The notes beneath the pieces are model-generated. The model did no database searches. It was not told the DNA's origin and worked only from the letters and a program-made list of their open reading frames with translations. Positions 35,801 through 43,687 of a stretch of 52,176 nucleotides of DNA are shown piece by piece. This stretch comes from Candidatus Micrarchaeota archaeon (GTDB lineage Archaea > Micrarchaeota > Micrarchaeia > Anstonellales > Bilamarchaeaceae): NCBI GenBank assembly GCA_043800955.1, contig JAZDMN010000060.1, positions 1 to 52,176 of the forward strand. Reading direction: 5' to 3'. A program made the translations under genes and the position numbers. Position 1 is the first letter of the stretch. Each line of letters begins with the position of its first letter.

Positions 35801-37656
35801 GCTGAACCGTGGAGGTTGGACCTCTTGAGGATGTCCATGTCCAGGTGGCCCATCGATGCGAGCTCTGCCTCGCTGATGTCGAATTTCACGCCCATCTTCT
35901 TGTAGAGCTGGCGCAGGACGTACCTCATCTCATCGCGCAGCGTCTCGTTGTGGAGCGTGCGGTAGAGGTGGGCCATCTTGTCGTTAATCGGGAACATCGA
36001 GCCCACTATGACCTGTGAGGGGTGCTTGTTTATCTGGCCCGAGAGCCAGGCAGCCGTCGGCGACGTCTTCGCCTTCGCTTCGAGGTCGGCTATCGCGTGC
36101 TTCCCTCCGAGCATCTCCATCGTGGTCCTGGTGGTCGAGCGCACTAGGCTCGGGGCTTCCGTAACAATGGACTTGCCCATCCTGCCGACTACCTTTACGG
36201 TTCTGAAGGCCGAATCCGTTCCGGCCATGACGACACCGCTGAGTATCGCGTACCTGTTCGCACCGTAGAACTTGTTGAGCGTGCCCGTCAGCCGGTAGTG
36301 CATCGCGCTTCTCTGGGCAACACCCGGGTGGGCTGTGAGCACTTCAAGGCTCTGGAATGTCCTCATGCTGTAGAGGTAGTCTTTGAGCGTCATGCCAAGG
36401 AGAGCCTGCCTACCGCCTGCTGCTTCGAGCGCCTGGAGCACCTGTGCGACTGTTTTGTGCTCGGCATCTCCCCAGTGGTAGGGGAGGCCAGCGAGGCGCT
36501 GGAGCGCGGACCCGCGTATGCCGACCGAAGCTGCCGCCGTGACGAATGCCTCGGATATCCTCCTCTGCTGTGCGATATCCGCCGGACCGCCTACGGCTGC
36601 GCGGTCTCCTGCCGTGCCTTGCGCTGAGCGTGCTGAGCGGACCGCGTTGTCCACTTCTGAGTTGCCGCGCATCCTGTCCTGCAGTATGCGGGTAGTGGCT
36701 GCGGCTGCTGTTGCCGCTGCGGCCATCTTGGCTCCCGTGGTCCTCTTCATTTCCGTATAACCGAAAGGTGCGAGTATCTGGCCGCTCGCGGACACGCCCT
36801 TTGGCGCTGGAAGCCTCGGGGTCGTTATGTCAAGGAGCGAAATCGGGGATTTGCCCGAGAAATACAATGATGCCAGCAGCAGGCCCATTATCATGAAAAG
36901 GCCCACGCAGGGCAGCGTTCCGCCCGCGCTCACGCACTGGGTGGTGGAACCAGTGCCCGTGCACTGGCCTCCCGAGTCTGCGACGCTCACTATGAAGTTC
37001 TTTAGATCCTGGGCGAACTGGGTCGCCGGAGTGACATGCGCGTTGCTGTATTCGTATTCGGCCGAGCTCTGGCTGATTGCCTGGTCCGGGAGCGGCACGA
37101 ATGTCGCCCTCACGAAGACCCTGGCGCCCTCCGTCACCGGAGCGAGGTCGCACTGGCCGTAATAATAGTTGTATGGGGCAGGGGTATCCGAGCCCTGGAC
37201 AGGCCTGTATGCGATCGCGACCGTGCTCGCTATAACATCCTCGCAACCTGGAATAACCGTCCACTGGCCGCGGTATGCGTTTCCCTGGGGGTTGAAGTAT
37301 TCGACTATGAAATGGGCGTCCTGGAGAGAGGTCAGGTTCATCTGGTAGTCCCTTGAAGCGGCTGTGCGCTCAAGGGCTGCCCTCTGGATGCATCCCTGGC
37401 GGTCCGGGTCGCTTGCGCAACCGGCCACAATCTCCTGCATCACCACCCGTATGTCCGTCCCGCCGGTGCTTGTGGCAGGCTCGAAAACGAGCACGCTGAG
37501 GTTGATGACCCTGCCTGCGCTATCTGCAGGAGTGATTATCACCTGGCTCTCCTTCAGGTTCTCCTGAGGGAAAAGCTCGTCTGCGAACACCGCTGTGGCT
37601 AGCAGAACGAGCAACAAAGCACCCAGAACGTATTTCGCTGATGTCATACCGAACAC
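32842..37656 (-). CDS. 1604-aa membrane-anchored protein of unknown function with C-terminal Zn ribbon
   Basis: Signal peptide, ~220-aa outer domain, TM VGLFMIMGLLLASLYF, long helical region, CPKC...CKNAAC. Confidence 0.85.
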   Translation of the reverse strand: MFGMTSAKYVLGALLLVLLATAVFADELFPQENLKESQVIITPADSAGRVINLSVLVFEPATSTGGTDIRVVMQEIVAGCASDPDRQGCIQRAALERTAASRDYQMNLTSLQDAHFIVEYFNPQGNAYRGQWTVIPGCEDVIASTVAIAYRPVQGSDTPAPYNYYYGQCDLAPVTEGARVFVRATFVPLPDQAISQSSAEYEYSNAHVTPATQFAQDLKNFIVSVADSGGQCTGTGSTTQCVSAGGTLPCVGLFMIMGLLLASLYFSGKSPISLLDITTPRLPAPKGVSASGQILAPFGYTEMKRTTGAKMAAAATAAAATTRILQDRMRGNSEVDNAVRSARSAQGTAGDRAAVGGPADIAQQRRISEAFVTAAASVGIRGSALQRLAGLPYHWGDAEHKTVAQVLQALEAAGGRQALLGMTLKDYLYSMRTFQSLEVLTAHPGVAQRSAMHYRLTGTLNKFYGANRYAILSGVVMAGTDSAFRTVKVVGRMGKSIVTEAPSLVRSTTRTTMEMLGGKHAIADLEAKAKTSPTAAWLSGQINKHPSQVIVGSMFPINDKMAHLYRTLHNETLRDEMRYVLRQLYKKMGVKFDISEAELASMGHLDMDILKRSNLHGSAELAAAEAEIRRILSNSALSGQDKLSALGRLAESHGAHLDHQMLTFAQRIESIEKTAEPDHMKMISLQQALEEQNKVRMAAKAGGRHDDAYICHVGGESLKGSQVWETMVLRTMIWDAENGFLRGGLKEELLSARLNTANRLASLDPTTAMGQLPEHMRNPSQLKAVAERNRQDLIALFSEEGRQAFTQYSKGKGIASASIEEVVKFMYGGLMPRIGEIDKNTGKMMWRASDKELQLPTTYTNVDVKRHWVAALDARENFAIAQSTESRFTRSYAPYYNASIEAQANRMAGSASWTVEQRTQVVKKLAISETLMQDFESRFNSHFGQNTYGTTRETTRFYAGIMAGFMEKALQEKGMENNHPDMTFLSKMDLTSPKDLAKLKDLMNTHKDAYQKVITRDMSYDDVAKANKAVVMLGEGGYAYYKKGMMLSDADRIMAGETALRDEKGVLRKFIPEDVVVSFGSRDDLQMQFQKSRSSKDPAEWAGFVDSAVKWTKEGGYNYEKERVLASVLWEYAQKTYDYGRFWKESAITVEAKRQVTPVAPSVLRFFGVEGHSVGPMIKPFRDIGMHGGDYISKVAMASGGELLRTSYDITPTSSQLRMHSFQLASKIQSGQILNGLSEEEKTAYRAVAAQHGAFVQVWQYAIDRNPWRISSSFGTHQAWAASFHYGPAVPFNVKDNLRGFMGKGEYMNFTLGPYGFPMDLAGKMLRPYVSMMRGMQMSMQGYASKWDSTGDALRQWNYTEPRMLEAMQALNPMSFKWFGGKNSDTMSKLNVFGGSLERHQLAGHDYMVGLRQAPQDIFLQKKGVYANARTEDVNPGETFYDYRMTMKADAPMAEYLFRSKEASYLYDKDLYKSAMDNTTRRTVSAESLAIRRDQELRGFGVLQNSLFGWANPLAFIWHMPVPLFPQSATPKEIAAKYVARSKHGYGGGGFGSNLQHMAEGMGQGLSKLVQPQKLSMVVYCPKCGMSNYRGSMCKNAACKQALY

Positions 37657-37729
37657 CTAATCACAACTGCTAATATCGCGCTTTTCCCGCTTTATAAAGG
37701 TTTATGTTCATAGGGTATATGAAAAATAC

Positions 37730-37754
37730 AAAAACTACAAAGTTTGTAGTTTTT
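37730..37754. promoter_or_regulatory. Perfect inverted repeat, putative operator
   Basis: AAAAACTACAAA-G-TTTGTAGTTTTT in the divergent intergenic region. Confidence 0.65.
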
Positions 37755-37784
37755 TGTTGTAATAATATAACAGAGGTGGTTTAA

Positions 37785-38801
37785 ATCAAAGGCCCAAACC
37801 CGTTTGCGCCATACGAAAGCGACCCTGAAGGCATCAGCGGAAGGAAAGAGGAAATCAGGGCCTTTGCGGCATTTGTTAATGCGGCATCGAATGGCCAGGC
37901 CGGGCTGCTGCTCTTAGTGGGGGGCCCTGGATGCGGAAAAACCGCGATAATCCGCCTATTCCAGGCCGAAGCGGAGAAGGCAGGCATGCTCGCACCAAGC
38001 GTGAAAGCCGAGAAGGGGGAGGACGAGAAGGACCTGGCGGGGAAGGCCTACCAAGAGATGGCGCTCTCACCGGAATTCCGCAGGGAAGGGAAATCCCCGG
38101 GGAATTTCAGGGAGCTTGCCGAGGCCGCCGAAAAGGCCGGGCGTAAAAAGTTTGGAGCAGTAATTTTCATTGACGATATAGACCAGATGAGGAATGAAGA
38201 TAAGGCGATTGCTTCCCTGCAGGGCGCGCTCAAAGCCGGATGGGGGAAAAGGAAGGTCGCATTCGTTGTCTCTTCGACAAGTGAAATCACGGTGCAGTCC
38301 GAGATTATGAGGGAGGTTGCCCTCGGGCCGTTTGCAGAATTAGAAGCGAGGGAGATGATAGAGCATGCCCTCAAGAAAGGCCCGCCGAAAATGGGCGAGG
38401 AATGCCTGCAGTCTATTTTGGCCGACAGCGGTGGGAATCCCCGGCTCCTCAAGACCGTCTGCTATAGCATATACGAAAGGCTCCGCGAGAATGAGAAGGT
38501 CATCAGCAAAGGGCACTATCTCGCGTACCTGCCTCAGATAATGAGCTCGCTGTCAAGGGATTGGTTCGGGCGGCTGTACCGGGATATTCCGCAGGGGGAG
38601 CGCGCAATACTGCGCATCCTTACCAAAGACGAGGAAGGCATGCATGTCTCGGACATCGCGAAAAAGGCGGGCAAGCCGCTTGGGCCGATCACGGCGCTGA
38701 CAAAGAGGCTTCTCGACCGCGGCCAGATTGTGAGAATCGGCCGCGGGAAGTATCGTATATTCTCGAAACTGTATATGAGGTACGTCTCCCAGCGGGAATG
38801 A
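37785..38801 (+). CDS. Archaeal AAA/P-loop ATPase with C-terminal winged helix; apparent ATC start
   Basis: NPFAP, SGRKEEI, GGPGCGKT, IFIDDID, SGGNPRLL, wHTH; SD GAGGTG 6 nt before ATC, which follows an in-frame TAA. Confidence 0.8.
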   Translation: MKGPNPFAPYESDPEGISGRKEEIRAFAAFVNAASNGQAGLLLLVGGPGCGKTAIIRLFQAEAEKAGMLAPSVKAEKGEDEKDLAGKAYQEMALSPEFRREGKSPGNFRELAEAAEKAGRKKFGAVIFIDDIDQMRNEDKAIASLQGALKAGWGKRKVAFVVSSTSEITVQSEIMREVALGPFAELEAREMIEHALKKGPPKMGEECLQSILADSGGNPRLLKTVCYSIYERLRENEKVISKGHYLAYLPQIMSSLSRDWFGRLYRDIPQGERAILRILTKDEEGMHVSDIAKKAGKPLGPITALTKRLLDRGQIVRIGRGKYRIFSKLYMRYVSQRE

Positions 38802-38826
38802 TAGCGGGGAGACAAGGCCGGAGGCA

Positions 38827-39339
38827 TCAGGCGAGAAGCCAGTCCTCTTCGAATGCGCGCATAAAGGACCGGACCGTTGCTCCGTCGTTGATAATCACGG
38901 AAGCCTCGCGGTTCTTGTATAGGGCGGAATTGCTCAGGTTGTGCGAACCCACCAATACCTCTTTTCCATCGACAATGATGAATTTCGCGTGCGTGAGCTT
39001 GTAGGCGCTCGAAGCATAGCGGATATCGAATCCTTTGGATGCAAGCTCGCGGAATATCGCGTCGTTGTCGTCGCCGACGACGTTGCGCTCGATGATGATG
39101 CGTATGCGGACGCCACGTGATTTCGCCCGCTCGAGCGCCTCGACGACGTCGCGCGAGCTGAACACGTAAATTTCGATGTCGATGCTTGTCTTCGCCCCGT
39201 CAATTAGGGCAGGAATCCTCGCCCCACCCTCCGGCGAGAACACAGGCTCGATTTCCGGGCTGAAGAATACGGGCTGGAGTATGAAAAATAGCAGGGCACC
39301 GGCCGCCATGCCCGCCCCGAATGTCAATCCCCGATTCAT
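38827..39339 (-). CDS. Phospholipase D-like (Nuc-type) protein with N-terminal anchor
   Basis: HAKFIIVD, VGSHNLS, NRE. Confidence 0.9.
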   Translation of the reverse strand: MNRGLTFGAGMAAGALLFFILQPVFFSPEIEPVFSPEGGARIPALIDGAKTSIDIEIYVFSSRDVVEALERAKSRGVRIRIIIERNVVGDDNDAIFRELASKGFDIRYASSAYKLTHAKFIIVDGKEVLVGSHNLSNSALYKNREASVIINDGATVRSFMRAFEEDWLLA

Positions 39340-39406
39340 ATGGGGAGCACTGGGGAAGGCGTATAAATAATTTACCCTTACGGCGCTGTGCGTTTCAATA
39401 TTATGA

Positions 39407-39472
39407 TGTCCTCAGAACTCAAGATCCGTCGAACGGCGCACCGTTCGCCATCTCTCAAGTTCTTCGTCACAA
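39407..39472 (-). ncRNA. Second C/D-like unit (partial duplicate), hairpin with K-turn-like ends
   Basis: On the minus strand GTGACGA...GATCTTGAGTT-CTGA; shares 18 nt (TCCTCAGAACTCAAGATC, 39409-39426 and 39476-39493) with the upstream sRNA. Confidence 0.4.
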
Positions 39473-39475
39473 TGT

Positions 39476-39541
39476 TCCTCAGAACTCAAGATCGCGGTCA
39501 TCGCCCTTGCGGGCTCTCAGGTATTGCATTCTCATCATTAA
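39476..39541 (-). ncRNA. C/D-box guide sRNA
   Basis: Minus strand: C ATGATGA, guide GAATGCAATAC, D' CTGA, hairpin GCCC-GCAA-GGGC, C' ATGACC, guide GCGATCTTGAGTT, D CTGA. Confidence 0.78.
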
Positions 39542-39562
39542 TCGGGATATAATCGCCAAACC

Positions 39563-39568
39563 TTATAA
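39563..39568. promoter_or_regulatory. Palindromic TATA box (TTATAA) between divergent sRNAs
   Basis: About 22 nt from the predicted 5' end of each sRNA. Confidence 0.6.
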
Positions 39569-39590
39569 CCCCGAGCGGAGATATTATGAG

Positions 39591-39653
39591 TGGAATGATG
39601 AGAGTTTGACAGGCTGAGGGGCAACCCTATGAAGTAGAATATCACTCTGACCA
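39591..39653 (+). ncRNA. C/D-box guide sRNA
   Basis: Terminal stem TGG/CCA, C ATGATGA, guide GAGTTTGACAGG, D' CTGA, hairpin AGGG-GCAA-CCCT, C' ATGAAG, guide TAGAATATCACT, D CTGA. Confidence 0.85.
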
Positions 39654-39697
39654 AAAATGGAATTAAAAATGAAGAAAAATAGGGAAAAGGAAAACTT

Positions 39698-40612
39698 CTA
39701 GAGGTTAACTTTGAGGCCCAGCTCCTTCTTGAGCTCGCGGTAGCGGTTCCTGATTGTGACCTCAGTCACGCCGGCCACATCCGCGACCTCCTTCTGGGTC
39801 TTCTTCTCGCCGTGCATCGCGCTCGCGATATAGAGCGCCGCTGCGGCGACCCCGGTCGGGCCGCGCCCAGATATCAGGCCCTTGCGGAGAGCCTTCTTGA
39901 TAAGCTTCACGGCCTCCTCCTGCACTTCGCCGCCGAGTTTGAGGGCGGTTGCGAATTTCGGCACGTACTGCGCCGGGTCTGTCAGGGGGACGTCCACGTG
40001 GAGCTCCGCCTTGAGGAAACGGTATGCGCGGCCAATCTCCTTCTTCTCGATGCCGGAAGCGCGGGAAATCTCGTCCAGCGTCCTTGGGATGCCCTGGAGC
40101 CGGCAAATCGCGTAAATGACCGCAGCGACCACGCTCTCAATCAGCCTTCCGCGGATGAGCTCTTCCTTGACCGCCCTGCGGTAGAGGAGCGCAGCGCTCT
40201 CCTTTATATTCTCTGGAAGCCCGAGGGACGATGCGACGCGGTCCAGCTCGGCAAGCGCGATGACGAGGTTCCTCTCCATCGACGTTGCGATGGATACCCT
40301 CTTGTGCCATTTCCTCATACGGTAGAGCTGCGCCTGCTTCTTCGGGCTTATCTTGCCCCCGCGGATATCCCGGTTATACTGGTCTATCTCGGTGACAAGG
40401 CCTTTGTTCGGCCTCATGTATTTTATGGGCGCTCCGCCGCGGGCCTTCTTCTCCTTCTGCTCTGCGTCGAAAGCACGCCACTCGGGACCCATATCGTGAA
40501 TGTTTTCTGCGATGATAAGGCCGCAGCTGGAGCAGAGAAGCTCCCCGCGCTCATAATCGCGAACAACGCGCTTGCTCTTGCATTCGGGACATTTAGTCGC
40601 AGTTGAACCCAT
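39698..40612 (-). CDS. tfb: Transcription initiation factor IIB
   Basis: Zn ribbon CPEC..CSSC, GPEWRAF, two cyclin repeats, VTEVTIRNRYREL. Confidence 0.98.
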   Translation of the reverse strand: MGSTATKCPECKSKRVVRDYERGELLCSSCGLIIAENIHDMGPEWRAFDAEQKEKKARGGAPIKYMRPNKGLVTEIDQYNRDIRGGKISPKKQAQLYRMRKWHKRVSIATSMERNLVIALAELDRVASSLGLPENIKESAALLYRRAVKEELIRGRLIESVVAAVIYAICRLQGIPRTLDEISRASGIEKKEIGRAYRFLKAELHVDVPLTDPAQYVPKFATALKLGGEVQEEAVKLIKKALRKGLISGRGPTGVAAAALYIASAMHGEKKTQKEVADVAGVTEVTIRNRYRELKKELGLKVNL

Positions 40613-40769
40613 AAAAAAGCCTCCACAAACATAGTAAGGTTTTTAAGAATTTGCAGAATTTTTATGAAAGTAGGTATTTTTATATTTTTCGGTAGGCCCC
40701 ACGGATGACGTATAAGCCCCGGCAATGCATTAAAATATTGGGCGTGCCTAGGATTCGGGTGATTTTTGG

Positions 40770-41174
40770 ATGGTTGGACTTGTACCGCCTGATACGGAGA
40801 AGAGGATATTCGATACACTGATGGAATACTATAAGCAGCTATACCCCGGAGTCCGGTTCTCGAAGACCGAGGAAACCCTGACTCGCAAGGATATCGGGGA
40901 CATACTCTACACATATTGCGGGGAGGAGACCGAAGCGACCGCAGCCGAGAAGATGCGCCTGATAAATTCGGCCATAGGTGAGGGCTATTCGACCCCGATA
41001 ATCGTCCTCCGGAAAAAGAGCGGGCTCATCCTGCTTGACGGTCACAGGAGGGCGAGAGTGGCGTTTTCGCAGGGGATGGGGTGGTCTGCGCTGGTAATCA
41101 GCCCGGGAAAAGAGATTAAATTCGGCATCGAGGACATGGTGTTGGGCAGGATTAAGGACTTATACGGCAAATAA
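40770..41174 (+). CDS. Stand-alone ParB/Srx-like domain protein
   Basis: PIIV...LLDGHRR. Confidence 0.75.
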   Translation: MVGLVPPDTEKRIFDTLMEYYKQLYPGVRFSKTEETLTRKDIGDILYTYCGEETEATAAEKMRLINSAIGEGYSTPIIVLRKKSGLILLDGHRRARVAFSQGMGWSALVISPGKEIKFGIEDMVLGRIKDLYGK

Positions 41175-41195
41175 GCGGAAGCCCAACAAACGGGG

Positions 41196-42305
41196 TTATT
41201 CCGGCTTTTCCGGAAGCAGACCCATTTTCTTGACCCAGAGATAGGAACCAATCGTTGCAATAACCATCGAACCGATGAGAAGCGCCATATACCACAGCTG
41301 GTCGGCGGGCGTCAAGGCGAATGCCGTGCTGCCAAGGGCGGTCGCAATCGTGTTCGGCACGAGGAACGCGGTGCCAAGAACTGTCAGATAGGCGACAAGG
41401 AGCGCGAGCTTGTTGTTGAGTATCTGGAGCTGGTTGTTGTAGATGCTCTGCATTACCTCCAGCCCGCTTGCGAGGACCTCGCTCATATGCTCGGCAAGCC
41501 CTATCTGGTTGTTGACTTCCACGACGAGGCCGGCCAGGCGCTGGAGCAGCTTGGGGTCGTCTGTCAGGATTTCCGGATCCCCATAACGCAGCGTGTTCAG
41601 CACATCTACGGTCTCCCAGAGCGCGTTGAGGTAGCAAATCAGGGCATGCTTCATCATGTGGATGTCCTTGCCTATTTCAACCCGGGGCGTCTTGACATCC
41701 GAGAGCTTTGCGCTGAGCTTGTCGGAGTTCTCCTCGATTTCCCGCAGGTGGTCGAAGTTGCGCGCGTTGTTCTCATCGATAATCCTTATGAGGATGGAAG
41801 TAACCTTGTCCTTGCTTGGGAGGTTGGGCTTGATTTTCCTCATGAAAATCTTGGCATAGCGCCTCAGCCTGAAGAAGCGCTTGACTTCGGTGGTATGGAT
41901 TGTGGCTACGAGCCCGTCGCGGATAAGAAGGAGGAGGTACTCGACTTTGACATCGAAACCTTCTACGATGATGGCCGGAATCAGCAGGCCCATCTCGGTG
42001 TCGAGGTCCTCGTAACCCGAGCGCTTGTTCTTGAGCAGGGCGGAGACCAGGCTTTCGGTGAAACCGAGGGAGATTGCGGTTTTCAACGCTTCTCCTTGGA
42101 AATCGTCAACGATGTAGTCAATCCATGCAACAGAGCAGGATTTCGCCCGTTTTAAAAATTCCCCGACATCGCGGGATTCCATCTCTTCCGTGCTGCCATC
42201 CTTGGATTGGGCGACGCAGAACCCCTTCTCTTCCAGGGACAGGATGATTTTCGCGTCCCCGTGCTTGGTCCGGATTTTGGAGAGGATTTCCTTGTCTATG
42301 GGCAT
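41196..42305 (-). CDS. CorA-family divalent cation transporter
   Basis: Long soluble domain with helices, NNQLQILN, two C-terminal TM helices (VPNTIAT). Confidence 0.8.
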   Translation of the reverse strand: MPIDKEILSKIRTKHGDAKIILSLEEKGFCVAQSKDGSTEEMESRDVGEFLKRAKSCSVAWIDYIVDDFQGEALKTAISLGFTESLVSALLKNKRSGYEDLDTEMGLLIPAIIVEGFDVKVEYLLLLIRDGLVATIHTTEVKRFFRLRRYAKIFMRKIKPNLPSKDKVTSILIRIIDENNARNFDHLREIEENSDKLSAKLSDVKTPRVEIGKDIHMMKHALICYLNALWETVDVLNTLRYGDPEILTDDPKLLQRLAGLVVEVNNQIGLAEHMSEVLASGLEVMQSIYNNQLQILNNKLALLVAYLTVLGTAFLVPNTIATALGSTAFALTPADQLWYMALLIGSMVIATIGSYLWVKKMGLLPEKPE

Positions 42306-42448
42306 GCACGGCCACCCCGTGTCAATTTCTGGGTGTTAATATTGCGAATTCCGAGATTTAAATATCTGCCGGTCATCCGCCTGGCATATGATGGCCGAAA
42401 CCGCGCCTGCGCGCGCCCTATTTGGCTTTCCGCATTCACCTTCGCGAT

Positions 42449-43687
42449 TCAATGCGAAGCGTGCCCGGGCACCCCCTTAACCGGCTTGCCGAGCGGGAAA
42501 TTCTTCTCGTTATCATCAAGGGCGGCTATTCCCGGAAGGGTATGGCCGCAAAGGTACTCTATAAGCGCCTTGCCAGAGAGGCTCACGTAGCTGAAATGAG
42601 TCTTGTCCAGACCGAACCTCTCGATTGCTGAAATCGTATGGCCCCCGCCAAGCAGGGAGAACGCGTCCGAGTTCGCGACTGTCTCGAGGAGGGCGCGGGT
42701 GCCGTGGGAGAAATCGTCCAGCTCATAGACGCCCGCAGGGCCGTTCATGACTATGTAGTGCGAATTGTTGATGACTTCCTTGTAGCGCTCTATGGTCTTT
42801 GAGCCGATATCCCATATCTGCCCCTTTGTAATGCTCTGCGCATCTGTTTCGTGCCTTTGCATATCTATCGAGAGGCCTACATCTACAGGAAGCATAATCT
42901 TGCCATCGAACTTCTCAAGCAGCTCCTTTGCCTCCGGGACCTTGTCCATCAGCTTAGAATCCTTTAGATACGTGAGCGAGTCCCCCACCTGGTGGCCGCT
43001 CGCATAGAGGAAGAGAACGGAAAGCGCGCCCCCGACGAGGACTTCCCTGGCCCTGCCATCTGCAAGCCATTTCTTCATCACAGCAAAGGAATCGTCGACC
43101 TTGGAGCCGCCGAAAATGAATGTCACGTCCGTGCCGTGCCTGACCTGGTCGACCGCTTCAAGCTCTGAAGCGAGTATATCTCCGGCAAAGCACGGGATAT
43201 GGTGAGCGAATCCCACGACGCTCGAGTGCTTCCTGTGTGCCACAGAAAGGGCGTCAAGGACATAATAGTCCGCAAGAGGGGCCATGTGGAATACGAGCTC
43301 GCCTTCGCCAATCGGGTGCTCGGTTTCGCAGTGCAGGTGGCGCACATTGTCAAGGACAAGGATTTCCCCGTCTTTGAGCGATGTGACCGCCTTCCTCGCC
43401 CGCTCGCCGACCACGTCGTCTACATAGATGATGTCCCGCTTGAGCAGGTGGTGGAGAACTCTAGTATGCTGCTCCAGGCTCATGAAGTCCTCGCGCCCCC
43501 TGCGTCCCTGGTGCGATAGTATAATGACACGCGCGCCGCGGTCGCTGAGCTCCTTTATGGTGCTGGAATGGGCGCGGATGCGGGTTTCTCCAATGATTTT
43601 TCCGTCCTTGACAGGGCAATTCAAATCGACACGTAGTAGTATTTTCTTTCCTTTCACTGGATAATCAGATATCTTTCTCATCGCCAT
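42449..43687 (-). CDS. pgk: Phosphoglycerate kinase
   Basis: RVDLNCP, SHQGR, AHRKHSS, GGSK, NGPAGVYE, GGGH. Confidence 0.95.
   Translation of the reverse strand: MAMRKISDYPVKGKKILLRVDLNCPVKDGKIIGETRIRAHSSTIKELSDRGARVIILSHQGRRGREDFMSLEQHTRVLHHLLKRDIIYVDDVVGERARKAVTSLKDGEILVLDNVRHLHCETEHPIGEGELVFHMAPLADYYVLDALSVAHRKHSSVVGFAHHIPCFAGDILASELEAVDQVRHGTDVTFIFGGSKVDDSFAVMKKWLADGRAREVLVGGALSVLFLYASGHQVGDSLTYLKDSKLMDKVPEAKELLEKFDGKIMLPVDVGLSIDMQRHETDAQSITKGQIWDIGSKTIERYKEVINNSHYIVMNGPAGVYELDDFSHGTRALLETVANSDAFSLLGGGHTISAIERFGLDKTHFSYVSLSGKALIEYLCGHTLPGIAALDDNEKNFPLGKPVKGVPGHASH

Noticed and set aside
39409-39493. Direct repeat with 67-bp period resembling a mini-CRISPR
   Set aside because: Only two 18-nt copies, no cas genes, and the repeat is explained by C/D-box guide plus D box
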